A stretch of DNA of 64,000 bases from an uncultured Acidobacteriota bacterium. GTDB lineage: Bacteria > Acidobacteriota > UBA6911 > RPQK01 > JAPXNP01. Both the position numbers and the translations under genes were made by a program. Shown here piece after piece: positions 8,933 to 18,899 of this stretch (positions are counted from its first letter, which is position 1; each line of letters opens with the position of its first letter). The stretch spans positions 706,510 to 770,509 of the forward strand of contig CAWGNQ010000005.1 in assembly GCA_963823995.1 (NCBI GenBank). Reading direction: 5' to 3'. The notes under the pieces were generated by a model. The model made no database searches and was not told the origin of the DNA. It saw only the letters and a list, made by a program, of their open reading frames with translations.

Positions 8933-10274
8933 ATGCGAAACGTGATCAACGGATTGAATCATCTCAGAACCCGGATTCTGCTCCTCGGATTCTGCCTGAT
9001 CTTGGCCGAGTCCGAACCTGTGGGCCGGGGATCCAGCGGATGCCCCGCAGACCGATTACTTCGCCGACAGCCCGCAGCTCGGTCGGTACATTCAGGAGGC
9101 GTTGGACCAGAATCCCGAGCTTCGGGAGGCCCTGTCGCGCTACCGGGCGTCACTTCAGAAGGTCCCCCAGGTCACGGCTCTTCCGGACCCGGTGCTCGGC
9201 TACACGCAGTTCATGCGCAGCGTCGAGACACGCGTGGGGCCGCAGGTCAATTCACTGATGATCAGCCAGAAGCTGCCCTGGTTCGGAAAGCTCGACCTTC
9301 AGGGACAGATGGCGGTCAAGGAAGCCGCGGCCCAGTACGAGACGTACAGGGCGATGCAGCGGGAACTGATCGACCGGACCAAGCAGACCTACTATGAACT
9401 CGTCTACATCGATCGGGCGCTCGCCATCACGGCGGAGGAACAATCCCTGCTCGACCACTACGAGCGGCTGGCCGAGTCGCGTTACTCGACCGGCGGCGGT
9501 CTGCAGCAAGCCGTCATCAAGATCCAGGCCGAGCTCACCCGGCTGGTCGATCGAACGAAGATGCTCGATCAGCAGCGGGGCTCACTCGTGGCGCGGCTGA
9601 ATACGCTGCGGGACCTGGCCCCGGAGTCGCCGATCGCCGTGACGGCTCAGTCCGAACTGCCCAAGGTGGCACTCGACCTCCCGAAGCTCTACGCACTGGG
9701 GGAAGACCACCGACAGGAACTGAGGGCCTCGCTGGCCCGGATCGAGAAGAGCGAGCGGGCCATCGACCTGGCCAGGAAGCAGTACTGGCCGGATCTGACA
9801 CTCAGTGCGGGCATGATCAATGTGGAGGGTCGGGAGGATCCGGCCGGTCTGTTGGCGCCTCCGCCCGACAACGGCAAGAACGCTTACAACTTTTCGATCG
9901 GAATCAACATCCCGATCCATCGGGACAAGTACCGGGCCGGGGTGGTCGAGGCTGCCGAAACGCTGTCCGCCAACAAGGACGGTACGTGAACCTACGCAAC
10001 AAGATGCAGTTCGACATTCGGGATCAGGTCCTGCGGCTTCAGACACTCGGAGAGCAGATCGATCTGTACGGAGGCGTTTTGATTCCGCAGGCGGAACAGG
10101 CGCTTCGCTCGACGGAGTCGGCCTACGAGACCGGGCAGGTCGGAGCGCTCGACCTGCTCGACAGCGAACGGTTCCTGCTCCAGACAAGGCTGCTGCGAGC
10201 ACGATACCACGCAGACTATCTCAAGTCCCTGGCTCAGTCTGGAGCGAGCGGTCGGCACGAAATTCCCGAGATAG
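8933..10274 (+). pseudogene. cusC: TolC/CusC-family outer membrane efflux protein, interrupted by at least three frameshifts
   Basis: Signal peptide MRNVINGLNHLRTRILLLGFCLILA in frame 2 (ATG 8933). Mature OMF sequence DYFADSPQLGRYIQEALDQNPELREALSRYRASLQ... in frame 0 to the stop at 9989. C-terminal helices VNLRNKMQFDIRDQVLRLQ...ADYLKSLAQ in frame 2 from 9986. Plausible native end ...LERAVGTKFPR* in frame 0 at 10274, 16 nt before the cusB RBS/ATG. Confidence 0.75.
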
Positions 10275-10326
10275 TCAAGGAACAAAGCCATGAAAAAGGG
10301 AATCTTACTGAGTCTCGTGTCCTTTC

Positions 10327-11832
10327 ATGGTCGGCATCGGCATGGCAGGAGTCGTTCTGGTCAACCCCTACCGCTGGGGGTGGGCGGACAGCCTCCACCA
10401 TTCCGTCGCCGGACTCGTCCACGGACCCGAAGAGGCAGCCTCGGAGTCTGCCGAGGGACAGCTTTGGACCTGCGGGATGCATCCTCAGGTCGTCGAGGAT
10501 CATCCGGGAACTTGCCCCATCTGCGGAATGGACCTGATTCCGCTGAAAGGCTCGACCGGAGGACAAGCCATAGAGACTGCAGCCGGCCAGAAAGGAAAAG
10601 GCCGGAGCGAAGGTGAGCGAAAGATCCTCTACTGGCGCGCGCCGATGGATCCGACCTATACCTCGGACAAGCCGGGGAAATCGCCGATGGGCATGGATCT
10701 GGTCCCGGTCTATGCCGACGAAGCCGCCGGAGAGGGGTCGTCCGCCAACACGATCAAGATTGATCCGACCTTCGTCCAGAACATCGGCGTGCAGACGACC
10801 CCGGTCAAGCGTCAGGACATCCCTTTCACGATCCGAACGGTCGGAAACGTCACCTACAACGACGAACAAGTCCACTGGGTGAACACGAAATACGACGGCT
10901 GGATCGAGAAGGTCTATATCAACTACGTCGGGCAGCCTGTGAAGAAGGGACAGAAGCTCTTCGAGATTTATAGCCCGCAACTGGTCACCACCCAGCAGGA
11001 ATATCTCGATGCCCTCGACTACGCCGAGAAACTGAGCACGAGCCCCTATCCCGACATCAAAGAACGGGCCCGGTCCCTGCTGGAATCCTCCCGTCAGCGG
11101 CTCGCCTACTGGGACATTCCGAACGATCAGATTGCAGAACTGGAGAAGACCCGGAAACTTCTTCGCACCCTGAGCGTCGTCTCGCCGGTGACCGGGATGG
11201 TGGTCGAGAAGATGGATCAGGCGCTGGAAGGGATGCACGCGAAAGCCGGCATGAATCTCTACAAGATCGTCGATCTTTCGACGATCTGGGTCGAGGCGGA
11301 CATCTTCGAGAACCAGATCCCGTGGCTCAAGACAGGTCAGCCTGCAACGCTCGAATTCCCGTATCAGCCAGGCCGTAAATTCCGGGGAAGGATCCGGTAC
11401 ATCTACCCCTATTTCGATGACAAGACGCGCACGATGAGGGTCTCCCTCTCCCTTCCGAACCCGGGGCTCGAGTTCAAGAAGGACATGTATGTCAACGTGA
11501 CCTTCGACGTGCCCTCCGCTCACAACGTCATCACGGTTCCGGAAGAGGCCGTGATCCACAGCGGCGAGCGCAACGTCATCGTTCTGAGTCGCGGCAACGG
11601 GGAGTTCGAGGTCCGGGACGTCACGCTGGGCCTGAACGGCAGCGGCCTCTATGAGGTCAAACAGGGGTTGAAGGAAGGCGAAGAGATCGTCGTATCCTCC
11701 CAGTTCCTGATCGACTCGGAAAGCAATCTCAAGGAAGCCATTCGGAAGATGGTGGCGAAGAAGAGCGCCGCGGCGGAGAAACTGGAGAAATCCGAAGACA
11801 TGCAGGATATGCAACCGGCGACTGAGGATTGA
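10327..11832 (+). CDS. cusB: HME-RND membrane fusion protein (CusB-like) with N-terminal HMBD
   Basis: CGMHPQVVEDHPGTCPICGMDL and YWRAPMDPTYTSDKPGKSPMGMDLVPVY (CusB metal-binding N-terminus); beta-barrel/lipoyl MFP core. An RBS-preceded ATG at 10290 (MKKGILLSLVSF) lies in a different frame, suggesting a 1-bp indel at the T-run ~10322. Confidence 0.9.
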   Translation: MVGIGMAGVVLVNPYRWGWADSLHHSVAGLVHGPEEAASESAEGQLWTCGMHPQVVEDHPGTCPICGMDLIPLKGSTGGQAIETAAGQKGKGRSEGERKILYWRAPMDPTYTSDKPGKSPMGMDLVPVYADEAAGEGSSANTIKIDPTFVQNIGVQTTPVKRQDIPFTIRTVGNVTYNDEQVHWVNTKYDGWIEKVYINYVGQPVKKGQKLFEIYSPQLVTTQQEYLDALDYAEKLSTSPYPDIKERARSLLESSRQRLAYWDIPNDQIAELEKTRKLLRTLSVVSPVTGMVVEKMDQALEGMHAKAGMNLYKIVDLSTIWVEADIFENQIPWLKTGQPATLEFPYQPGRKFRGRIRYIYPYFDDKTRTMRVSLSLPNPGLEFKKDMYVNVTFDVPSAHNVITVPEEAVIHSGERNVIVLSRGNGEFEVRDVTLGLNGSGLYEVKQGLKEGEEIVVSSQFLIDSESNLKEAIRKMVAKKSAAAEKLEKSEDMQDMQPATED

Positions 11833-14800
11833 TCTTCATGCTCGAGAAAATCATCGACTGGTCCATCAAGAACAAGTTCTTCGTCCTGCTGGCGACGGTC
11901 TTCGTGATCCTTTGGGGCGTTTACTCCCTCCAGAATATGCCGTTGGACGCTATTCCGGATCTGTCCGACGTGCAGGTCATCATCTACACGGAGTATCCGG
12001 GTCAGGCGCCCCAGGTCGTCGAAGACCAGGTGACTTACCCGATCTCGACCCAGATGCTGGCCGTTCCCTATGCCAAGGCCGTGCGCGGCTACTCCTTCTT
12101 CGGTTTCTCGTTCGTCTACATCATTTTCGAGGACGGCACGGACATGTACTGGGCCCGCAGCCGCGTCCTCGAGTACCTGAACTACGTCTCCGGCCGGCTT
12201 CCCAAGGGCATCACGCCCACCCTGGGGCCGGATGCGACCGGGGTCGGGTGGGCGTACATGTATGCCCTGAAGTCGAAAACCAGAAACCTGTCGCAGTTGC
12301 GCAGCCTCCAGGACTGGTTTCTGAAGTATGAACTGACGTCGGTCGAGGGTGTCTCGGAGGTGGCCAGCGTCGGCGGCTTCGTCAAGCAGTATCAGATCGC
12401 GGTCGATCCCAACAAGCTTCGAGCCTACAACATTCCCCTTTCCAAGATCCGGATGGCCGTCCAGCGCAGCAACAACGACGTGGGCGGAAGAGTGCTCGAG
12501 ATGGCCGAGACCGAGTTCATGATCCGGGGTCTTGGCTACATCAAGAACCCCGAGGACATCAAGGAGATCGTCCTGGGCGTCGACGGATCGGGCGTTCCGA
12601 TCCTGATGAAGGACGTGGCCACGGTCCAGGTGGGCCCCGACATCCGCCGGGGCATCGCAGAACTGGACGGAGAAGGCGAAACCGTCGGTGGGATCATCGT
12701 CGTCCGCTACGGCGCCAATGCCTACGGCGTCATCCAGAGAGTCAAACAGAAGCTCGAAGAGCTGAAGCAGGGCTTGCCGTCGGATGTCGAGATCGTGCCC
12801 GTCTACGATCGAACCGCCCTGATCGAGCGTTCGGTCGAGACGCTGCGGGGGAAACTGCTCGAAGAAGGGATCGCCGTCGCGCTCGTGTGCATTCTCTTCC
12901 TGCTCCACCTCCGCTCGGCACTGGTCGCCATCATCACCCTCCCCATTGCCGTCTTGATGGCCTTCATCGTCATGCACACTCAGGGGATCAACGCGAACAT
13001 CATGTCGCTCGGAGGGATTGCCATCGCGATCGGTGCCATGGTGGATGCTGCGATCATCATGATCGAGAATGCCCACAAGCATCTCGAACACGACAAGGGG
13101 AAGAAGGATCACTGGCAGATCATCGCGGATTCTGCCAAGGAAGTCGGCCCGACTCTCTTCTTCGCGCTGCTCGTGATCACCGTTTCCTTCGCTCCGGTCT
13201 TTACGCTCGAGGCACAGGAAGGACGGATGTTCAAACCGCTGGCCTTTACCAAGACCTACTCCATGGCGGCGGCTTCCGTTCTGGCCGTGACGCTGATCCC
13301 GGTCCTGATGGGTTACTGGATCCGGGGAAAGATCCGCTCCGAAGAAAGGAACCCGATCAGCCGCTTCATGATCTGGGTCTACGATCCCATCCTTCACTTC
13401 ATGCTCCGGTGGAAGTGGACGGTCCTGCTGGTCACGGTGCTGACCCTGGGCTCCATGTACATCCCTTACTCCCGGCTGGGATCGGAGTTCATGCCGCCCC
13501 TGTGGGAAGGGGATCTCCTGTACATGCCGACGACGCTTCCCGGCATCTCGATTACCAAAGCCCGGGAACTGCTGCAGCAGACCGACAAGATCATCCGGAC
13601 CTTCCCGGAGGTCGAACGGGTCTTCGGGAAGATCGGTCGTGCGGACACCGCCACGGACCCGGCGCCCTTGAGCATGATCGAGACAACGATCACGTTGAAA
13701 CCCGAAGATCAGTGGCGCCCCGGGATGACCTCGAAGAAGCTGATCGCTGAAATGAACGAGGCCATCCAGTTCCCCGGGGTCACCAACGCCTGGACGATGC
13801 CGATCAAGACGCGCATCGACATGCTTTCGACGGGGATCAAAACGCCGGTCGGCGTCAAGTTGTCGGGCCCGGAGCTCTCCGTGCTCCAGGATCTCGGCGA
13901 GGAGATCGAAGCGGTCGTCCGCAACGTGCCCGGTACGCTCTCGGTCTACTCCGAGCGCGTCATGGGCGGGAACTTCCTCGATTTCGATATCGACCGCAAA
14001 GCCCTGGCCCGCTACGGGCTGACGGTCGGCGACGTGCAGGACGTGATCCAGTCCGCCATCGGGGGTATGAACGTGACGACCACGGTCGAAGGCCTGGAAC
14101 GGTATCCGGTCAATGTCCGCTACAGCCGGGAACTACGGGACAACATCCAGGACCTCGAGAACATCCTCGTCGCGACGCCGATGGGCGCCCAGGTGCCTCT
14201 CGGCTACCTCGCGCACATCCGGATCAAGAAGGGGGCGCCGGCCATCAAGACGGAAAACTCGCGGCCCAATGCCTGGATCTACGTCGACATCTCGGATGTG
14301 GACGTGGGGACGTATGTCGCCATGGCTCGTCGGGCCGTCGCCGAGCAGGTCGAGATGCCGGCCGGCTACAACATCGTCTGGAGCGGTCAGTACGAATACA
14401 TGCAGCGCGCCAAGCAGCGGCTCATGTATGTGGTCCCCATGACCCTGATGATCATCTTCGTGATCATCTACCTGAACACCCGGTCGGTGATGGAGACCGT
14501 GATCGTGCTCTTCGCCCTTCCCTTCTCCATGGTCGGCACCTTCTGGCTGCTCTACCTGCTGAACTACAATCTGAGCATCGCCGTCTGGGTCGGGATCATC
14601 GCTTTGGCCGGTCTGGCGGCGGAGACGGGAGTCGTGATGCTCCTGTACCTGGATGTCGCGTACGAAGAGGCTGTCCGAGACGGACGGATGCGAAGGCGAA
14701 AGGAGCTCATCGACGCTATCTTCCAGGGCGCCGTCACCCGTGTGCGGCCCAAGATCATGACGGCGAGCGTAATCCTGGCCGGCTTGATTCCGATCATGTG

Positions 14801-14966
14801 GAGCCACGGCACGGGTGCCGACGTCATGAAGCGCATCGCCGCCCCCATGGTCGGCGGCATCATCACGTCGGTGATCCTCACCCTCGGCGTCTATCCGGTC
14901 ATTTACTACCTGTGGAAGGGATGGGAAGTCAAAGATGTGGAAGCAGAAGTGGATGCAACTGAATAG
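11829..14966 (+). CDS. cusA: heavy-metal efflux RND pump (CusA/CzcA family)
   Basis: 1045 aa, 12-TM RND with IPDLSDVQVIIYTEYPGQAP N-terminus; ATGA overlap with cusB stop. Confidence 0.95.
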   Translation: MIFMLEKIIDWSIKNKFFVLLATVFVILWGVYSLQNMPLDAIPDLSDVQVIIYTEYPGQAPQVVEDQVTYPISTQMLAVPYAKAVRGYSFFGFSFVYIIFEDGTDMYWARSRVLEYLNYVSGRLPKGITPTLGPDATGVGWAYMYALKSKTRNLSQLRSLQDWFLKYELTSVEGVSEVASVGGFVKQYQIAVDPNKLRAYNIPLSKIRMAVQRSNNDVGGRVLEMAETEFMIRGLGYIKNPEDIKEIVLGVDGSGVPILMKDVATVQVGPDIRRGIAELDGEGETVGGIIVVRYGANAYGVIQRVKQKLEELKQGLPSDVEIVPVYDRTALIERSVETLRGKLLEEGIAVALVCILFLLHLRSALVAIITLPIAVLMAFIVMHTQGINANIMSLGGIAIAIGAMVDAAIIMIENAHKHLEHDKGKKDHWQIIADSAKEVGPTLFFALLVITVSFAPVFTLEAQEGRMFKPLAFTKTYSMAAASVLAVTLIPVLMGYWIRGKIRSEERNPISRFMIWVYDPILHFMLRWKWTVLLVTVLTLGSMYIPYSRLGSEFMPPLWEGDLLYMPTTLPGISITKARELLQQTDKIIRTFPEVERVFGKIGRADTATDPAPLSMIETTITLKPEDQWRPGMTSKKLIAEMNEAIQFPGVTNAWTMPIKTRIDMLSTGIKTPVGVKLSGPELSVLQDLGEEIEAVVRNVPGTLSVYSERVMGGNFLDFDIDRKALARYGLTVGDVQDVIQSAIGGMNVTTTVEGLERYPVNVRYSRELRDNIQDLENILVATPMGAQVPLGYLAHIRIKKGAPAIKTENSRPNAWIYVDISDVDVGTYVAMARRAVAEQVEMPAGYNIVWSGQYEYMQRAKQRLMYVVPMTLMIIFVIIYLNTRSVMETVIVLFALPFSMVGTFWLLYLLNYNLSIAVWVGIIALAGLAAETGVVMLLYLDVAYEEAVRDGRMRRRKELIDAIFQGAVTRVRPKIMTASVILAGLIPIMWSHGTGADVMKRIAAPMVGGIITSVILTLGVYPVIYYLWKGWEVKDVEAEVDATE

Positions 14967-15654
14967 GTTCGTGCTTTTGTCCATCGCGTTGGTGGGGTTC
15001 TCGGGCTCCTCGCTCGCCGCCGAGAGCCTGCACGTGCGACACGATCATGACCCGTGGGGCAGCTGTACGGGCGAGCTCACGATCGCCTCGGACGGAATCC
15101 GGTATCACTCGGACGACAAGGACGAACACAGCCGCGACTGGTCCTGGACCGACATCCAGACCGTCGACCGCCTCTCCGCCGATCGCTTCTCCATCCTGAC
15201 CTATCAGGACCAGAAGTGGCTGCTCGGTCGCGACCGGCCTTGGGACTTCACGGTTCTCGACCCGGAGGCCGGCGGCCTGACCGACCAGCTGTTCACGGTC
15301 ATCCGCCGGAACGAACCTCGTCCCCTCGTAGATCGCGTTCCGAGGAAGATCGAGGCCGACTACCGGATACCGGTCAAGCACCTGCATACCTTCGGCGGCT
15401 GCGAGGGGATCCTCGAGTTCAGCCGGGACTGGATCGTCTACACGACCGATCACAAGGAGGACGCGCGAACCTGGAGACGCGACAAAGAAGTGGTAAGCAT
15501 CTGGTCGACCGGACTCTTCGACCTCGAGCTCGAAGTCTACGAAAAGGACGGCGAGGACCTCCTGCGGACCCGTCGCTACCGTTTCGAACTGAAGGAGCCG
15601 CTGGACGAAGCGTATTACAATCGATTGAAACGGGAACTCATCCCCACGAGGTGA
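14935..15654 (+). CDS. secreted hypothetical protein with two ~90-aa internal repeats, co-transcribed with cusA
   Basis: Overlaps cusA 3' end. Signal peptide. Repeats HDHDPWGSCTGELTIASDGIRYHSDDKDEHSRDWSWTDIQTV and KHLHTFGGCEGILEFSRDWIVYTTDHKEDARTWRRDKEVVSI (G.C.G.L....D.I.Y..D.K...R.W....I). Confidence 0.6.
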   Translation: MWKQKWMQLNRFVLLSIALVGFSGSSLAAESLHVRHDHDPWGSCTGELTIASDGIRYHSDDKDEHSRDWSWTDIQTVDRLSADRFSILTYQDQKWLLGRDRPWDFTVLDPEAGGLTDQLFTVIRRNEPRPLVDRVPRKIEADYRIPVKHLHTFGGCEGILEFSRDWIVYTTDHKEDARTWRRDKEVVSIWSTGLFDLELEVYEKDGEDLLRTRRYRFELKEPLDEAYYNRLKRELIPTR

Positions 15655-15658
15655 CCCC

Positions 15659-16147
15659 TTGGTCCGACAGATCATTGCATGTGCGATCATCCTTGCCCTG
15701 GCCGGCGGCCTGGCCTACTACTTCTGGCCCGCCCAGGAGCAGCTGTGCCCCGTCTGCGAGAGGCCGATTCACCGGGCGACGTCCTACTTCGTCACACTGG
15801 AAGACGGGAAAACGGTCGAGCTCTGCTGTCCTCGCTGCGGCCTGCGCTTCCAGCAGAACGGCGGAGACGTCCAGTCGGTCCAGGTGACGGACTATGACTC
15901 CGGCAAGAGGTTGGATCCGGACGAGGCCGTCTATGTCGAAGGCAGCTCCGTCCACCCCTGTTGCACGCAGGAAGAGATCATGAAGGATCAGGCCGGAATG
16001 GAGTACGAACGAACGTGGGACCGGTGCCTTCCGAGCGTGATCGCCTTCGCATCGAGGGACGCCGCCGTGAGATTCCGGGCGGAGCACGGCGGACAAGTGC
16101 GGACCCATCACCAGATCCTCGCAGAGATTCAGACCGGTGTGTACTGA
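15659..16147 (+). CDS. NosL-family copper-binding protein, TM-anchored
   Basis: CPVCERPI (cf. NosL CHVCGM), CCPRCG, DEAVYVEGSS and C-terminal LPSVIAFASRDAAVRFRAEHGGQV, which matches the NosL C-terminal SLASFAEEQDAKALAGMHGGRV region. Confidence 0.6.
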   Translation: MVRQIIACAIILALAGGLAYYFWPAQEQLCPVCERPIHRATSYFVTLEDGKTVELCCPRCGLRFQQNGGDVQSVQVTDYDSGKRLDPDEAVYVEGSSVHPCCTQEEIMKDQAGMEYERTWDRCLPSVIAFASRDAAVRFRAEHGGQVRTHHQILAEIQTGVY

Positions 16148-16185
16148 TTCACAGGCGTGCAGGATGGGAGGACGGGAGGACGCAC

Positions 16186-16347
16186 ATCAGAGCCGGAACG
16201 AAGTGAGGGACCCCCCTGCACGGCCGTCAAACACCCGGCTTTCCACGCCGGACGAACACCCGCGGCAGCCCGGCGGTTTTCGCGGGAACGGTCGGGACAC
16301 AATTACCGGGCTTTGGTGACACCCTCACTGCGTTCCGGCTCTGACGC
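16186..16347. mobile_element. MITE-like element copy 1 (~162 bp) with ~27-bp terminal inverted repeats
   Basis: Left arm catcagagccggaacgaagtgagggac, right arm ggtgacaccctcactgcgttccggctctgacg; near-identical element at 52598-52760. Confidence 0.5.
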
Positions 16348-16419
16348 TGCTGACGCTGCGGTTTCCGCAGCCCGCGCCGCGGGCTGCGCGCCAAATCGTA
16401 AACTAGTCGACGCCTCGCT

Positions 16420-17377
16420 CTAGCGCAGGTCCGTCAGCTCGATTCCCCTTCGTTCGAGATCTCCGGGTGACGAAAAAAGACCTTCGGCAGCGACCTGGTC
16501 CAGGACGAACGTCACGGGTCCACCCTCACGGGCGTAGAACTGCGCGTAGGACATGGGCATGGCGGTGTCCGGCTCGCAGAGCAGCGACCGGCTGACGGCG
16601 GCAATCTTCCTTTGCCCGTTCGCCAGGACCATTACCTCACGAGCCTCGAAGACCAGCTGCAGAGACATCGTGAGGGCGAAGCGCGGACATGCGTCCTGGC
16701 TGGTGAAGTAGCCGTCGCTGACCGCGTGTTCCCGGGTCACCCGGTCGAGTTCCACGAGCAGCAGACCTCCGAGTTCGAAAGGGATGCCGGCTTCATGGAA
16801 AGCCACATGACCGCGGCCGCCGACCCCCAGGATCTGGAGATCGATGCCCCCTGCCTGGCGTATCCGGAGGCCATACTGCTCCAGGATTTCGCTGCGCAGC
16901 CAATCCAGGTAGGGTGAGCTCGGATGCGGGCGGATCACGATCGCCTTTCCGCTCGATTCGCCCCGGCGCTCCCAGTCCTCGGAATGGGAATCCAGCTCCC
17001 GGACGAATCGAGCTACGTCGACGCGCTCGCCCTCCGGGACGAAGGTGGCTTCGGGCCGCCGTTCGAGGAGACCGAAGAGATGCCGCTCCATGAAATGGCG
17101 GAAGCTCGAGGGGTGTGGGGCGGAGCCACCGGGCGGGTTCGGCAGGCCGACATATTCATCGAGGTTGAAGGTCCGCCAACGTCTGCTGTCGAGCCGCTTC
17201 CGGTTGGCCGCCTCCACGAGCCGCGCGTAGACACCGGTCGGCGAATTGCCGGTCGCCAGACCCAGCACGATCTCCCTCTTCTCCCGTTCCAACCGCTGCA
17301 GACGCCGACGGATCCTTAGGGCGGCGACTTCGCTCATCTGTTCGAAGTCGCGCGTGACGAGCACCTGAATCGGCACG
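16420..17377 (-). CDS. nagB: glucosamine-6-phosphate deaminase
   Basis: GLATGNSPTGVY, FNLDEYVGL, DLQILGVGGRGHVAFHEAG; likely GTG start ~17377 after RBS aaggga (track ORF to 17454). Confidence 0.8.
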
Positions 17378-17477
17378 ATGCCAGACTCCCTTCGAAAAGG
17401 GAGAGTATAGGCAGAAAGCAGACGCACGAAAAGGCCCTGAGCGGTGGGGCGCAACGGACCCTGATGCGAGACCCGGG

Positions 17478-18665
17478 CTAGCGCTTCGGGTCCTGGGACG
17501 GGACCATGCTTCGTTTCTCCAGCTCCCTGTCGGCCTTCCGTTTCAATTCGGAGAGCCGCTGGTATTCGGCACGCTCCCGGAGCGCGTCCTCCTTTCGGCC
17601 GGCCTTCAGGTACGCGCTCGAAAGAGGCAGCCGATTCTCGGGAGCCATCGGAGCAAGTTCAATCGCGGTCTCCAGCTCTCGAATGGCTCCGGCAACGTCG
17701 CCGGTCTCCAGGAGGATCCGACCGAGCGCGTTGTGGCCTGCGAATTGTCCTGGCGCCGTCTCCGTGGCTCGTTCCGCAAACGGCCGAGCCTTCTCGTACT
17801 CGCCTCTCCGAATATACTCGAAGGCGAGTTGCATGAGCGCCGGGATGTCGTCAGGAGAGCGTTTCAGCTCCTCGAGAAATTCTTCCAGCGCCGCATCGGT
17901 ATGATCCCGCAGGAGAAACGCACCATAGGCATAGTGGATGCGGGGCTCCTGCGGGAAGCGCTCGATCAGCCGACGGTACAGCTCATCCGCCTCTGTTCGT
18001 GCGCCGCGCTCCGCTTCGAAAGCCGCCCGGCCCGTCATCTTGACCAGCTCTTCCTTTTCGGGGGGAATCTGGGTCGGGAGATAAGGCATCCGGAGAGCGC
18101 TCAGACCCAGTCCGAGAACGACTCCGGGGCTTTTCTGGTTCTCGTACGCGAAGATCCGCAGGGCATCATACGAAGCATCGAACTGCCCGAGCCGATTCAA
18201 GCAGATCGCAGCGTGGTAGCGAATCGTCGCCAGCATCTGCGGATTCTCTCCCAAACCGAAGATGCGACCCTGCTGAAAATCCTCGAGGGCTCGTTGGTAT
18301 TCACCCGTCTGAAACTCGCAGAGACCCTTCAATGCCACCGCCGGACCGTGATGAGGCCAGCGACCGACGAACTGTTCGAAGACTTCGAGTGCTTCATCGT
18401 AACTCCGTCGGTCGTAAAGGATCGTTCCAAGGTACCACCAGCCCTCCCGCCAGTCGGGCCGAAGCGCAATCGCCTTTCGGTAAAGCTCGACGGCGTCGTC
18501 GAGTCGGCCCGTTGTCCTTGCTGCACCCGCACGGTTGGCCAGTGCCTCGAAATCGTCTTCTGCCCGGCAGTAGTCGCTCGCCAGAAGTACGACCGAGAGG
18601 GCCACCGCCGCAAGAAGCAGGGTACTGCGAAGTCTTTGAACCATGATCCGGGCGAATTCTACCAC
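17478..18665 (-). CDS. secreted TPR-repeat protein, paralog family A (copy 1)
   Basis: Signal peptide; GWWYLG, RYHAAI, HYAYG; C-terminal RERAEYQRLSELKRK. ATG at 18644 more likely start. Confidence 0.8.
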   Translation of the reverse strand: MVEFARIMVQRLRSTLLLAAVALSVVLLASDYCRAEDDFEALANRAGAARTTGRLDDAVELYRKAIALRPDWREGWWYLGTILYDRRSYDEALEVFEQFVGRWPHHGPAVALKGLCEFQTGEYQRALEDFQQGRIFGLGENPQMLATIRYHAAICLNRLGQFDASYDALRIFAYENQKSPGVVLGLGLSALRMPYLPTQIPPEKEELVKMTGRAAFEAERGARTEADELYRRLIERFPQEPRIHYAYGAFLLRDHTDAALEEFLEELKRSPDDIPALMQLAFEYIRRGEYEKARPFAERATETAPGQFAGHNALGRILLETGDVAGAIRELETAIELAPMAPENRLPLSSAYLKAGRKEDALRERAEYQRLSELKRKADRELEKRSMVPSQDPKR

Positions 18666-18899
18666 CGCGAGGGATCGGGGCGCCGAATCCGCCGTTTCGG
18701 CAAAGCATTTGAGGCCGCTGTCGATGGCGACTCACTACACGGAACCCGAGAGACTCTCCGTCGGGTTTGGAGTGTCCGATCGGCTTCGCGTAGAATGACA
18801 CGAAGATCGTGTGTTCTCGGGATGTCCATGGCCAGATGATCCGACGACGGCCGCTGGTCATGCAGGGGGACATGAGAGTCGGCATTGGAGCAGGTTTGC

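Noticed and set aside
8741-9397. 218-aa ORF from the track spanning the cus leader and cusC 5' end
   Set aside because: Only its 8933-~9040 portion (the OMF signal peptide) is real. The rest is an out-of-frame read-through caused by the frameshift, and the TTG start at 8741 has no support.
10234-13397. Long minus-strand ORFs (10234..11814, 526 aa; 11649..13397, 582 aa) antisense to cusB/cusA
   Set aside because: They overlap genes with unmistakable motifs on the + strand. Their translations are Arg/Asp/Gly/His-rich with no domain resemblance. They are typical high-GC antisense open frames.
16157-16423. 88-aa ORF across the MITE at 16186-16347
   Set aside because: It coincides with a non-coding inverted-repeat element that recurs at 52598-52760 with a disrupted frame.
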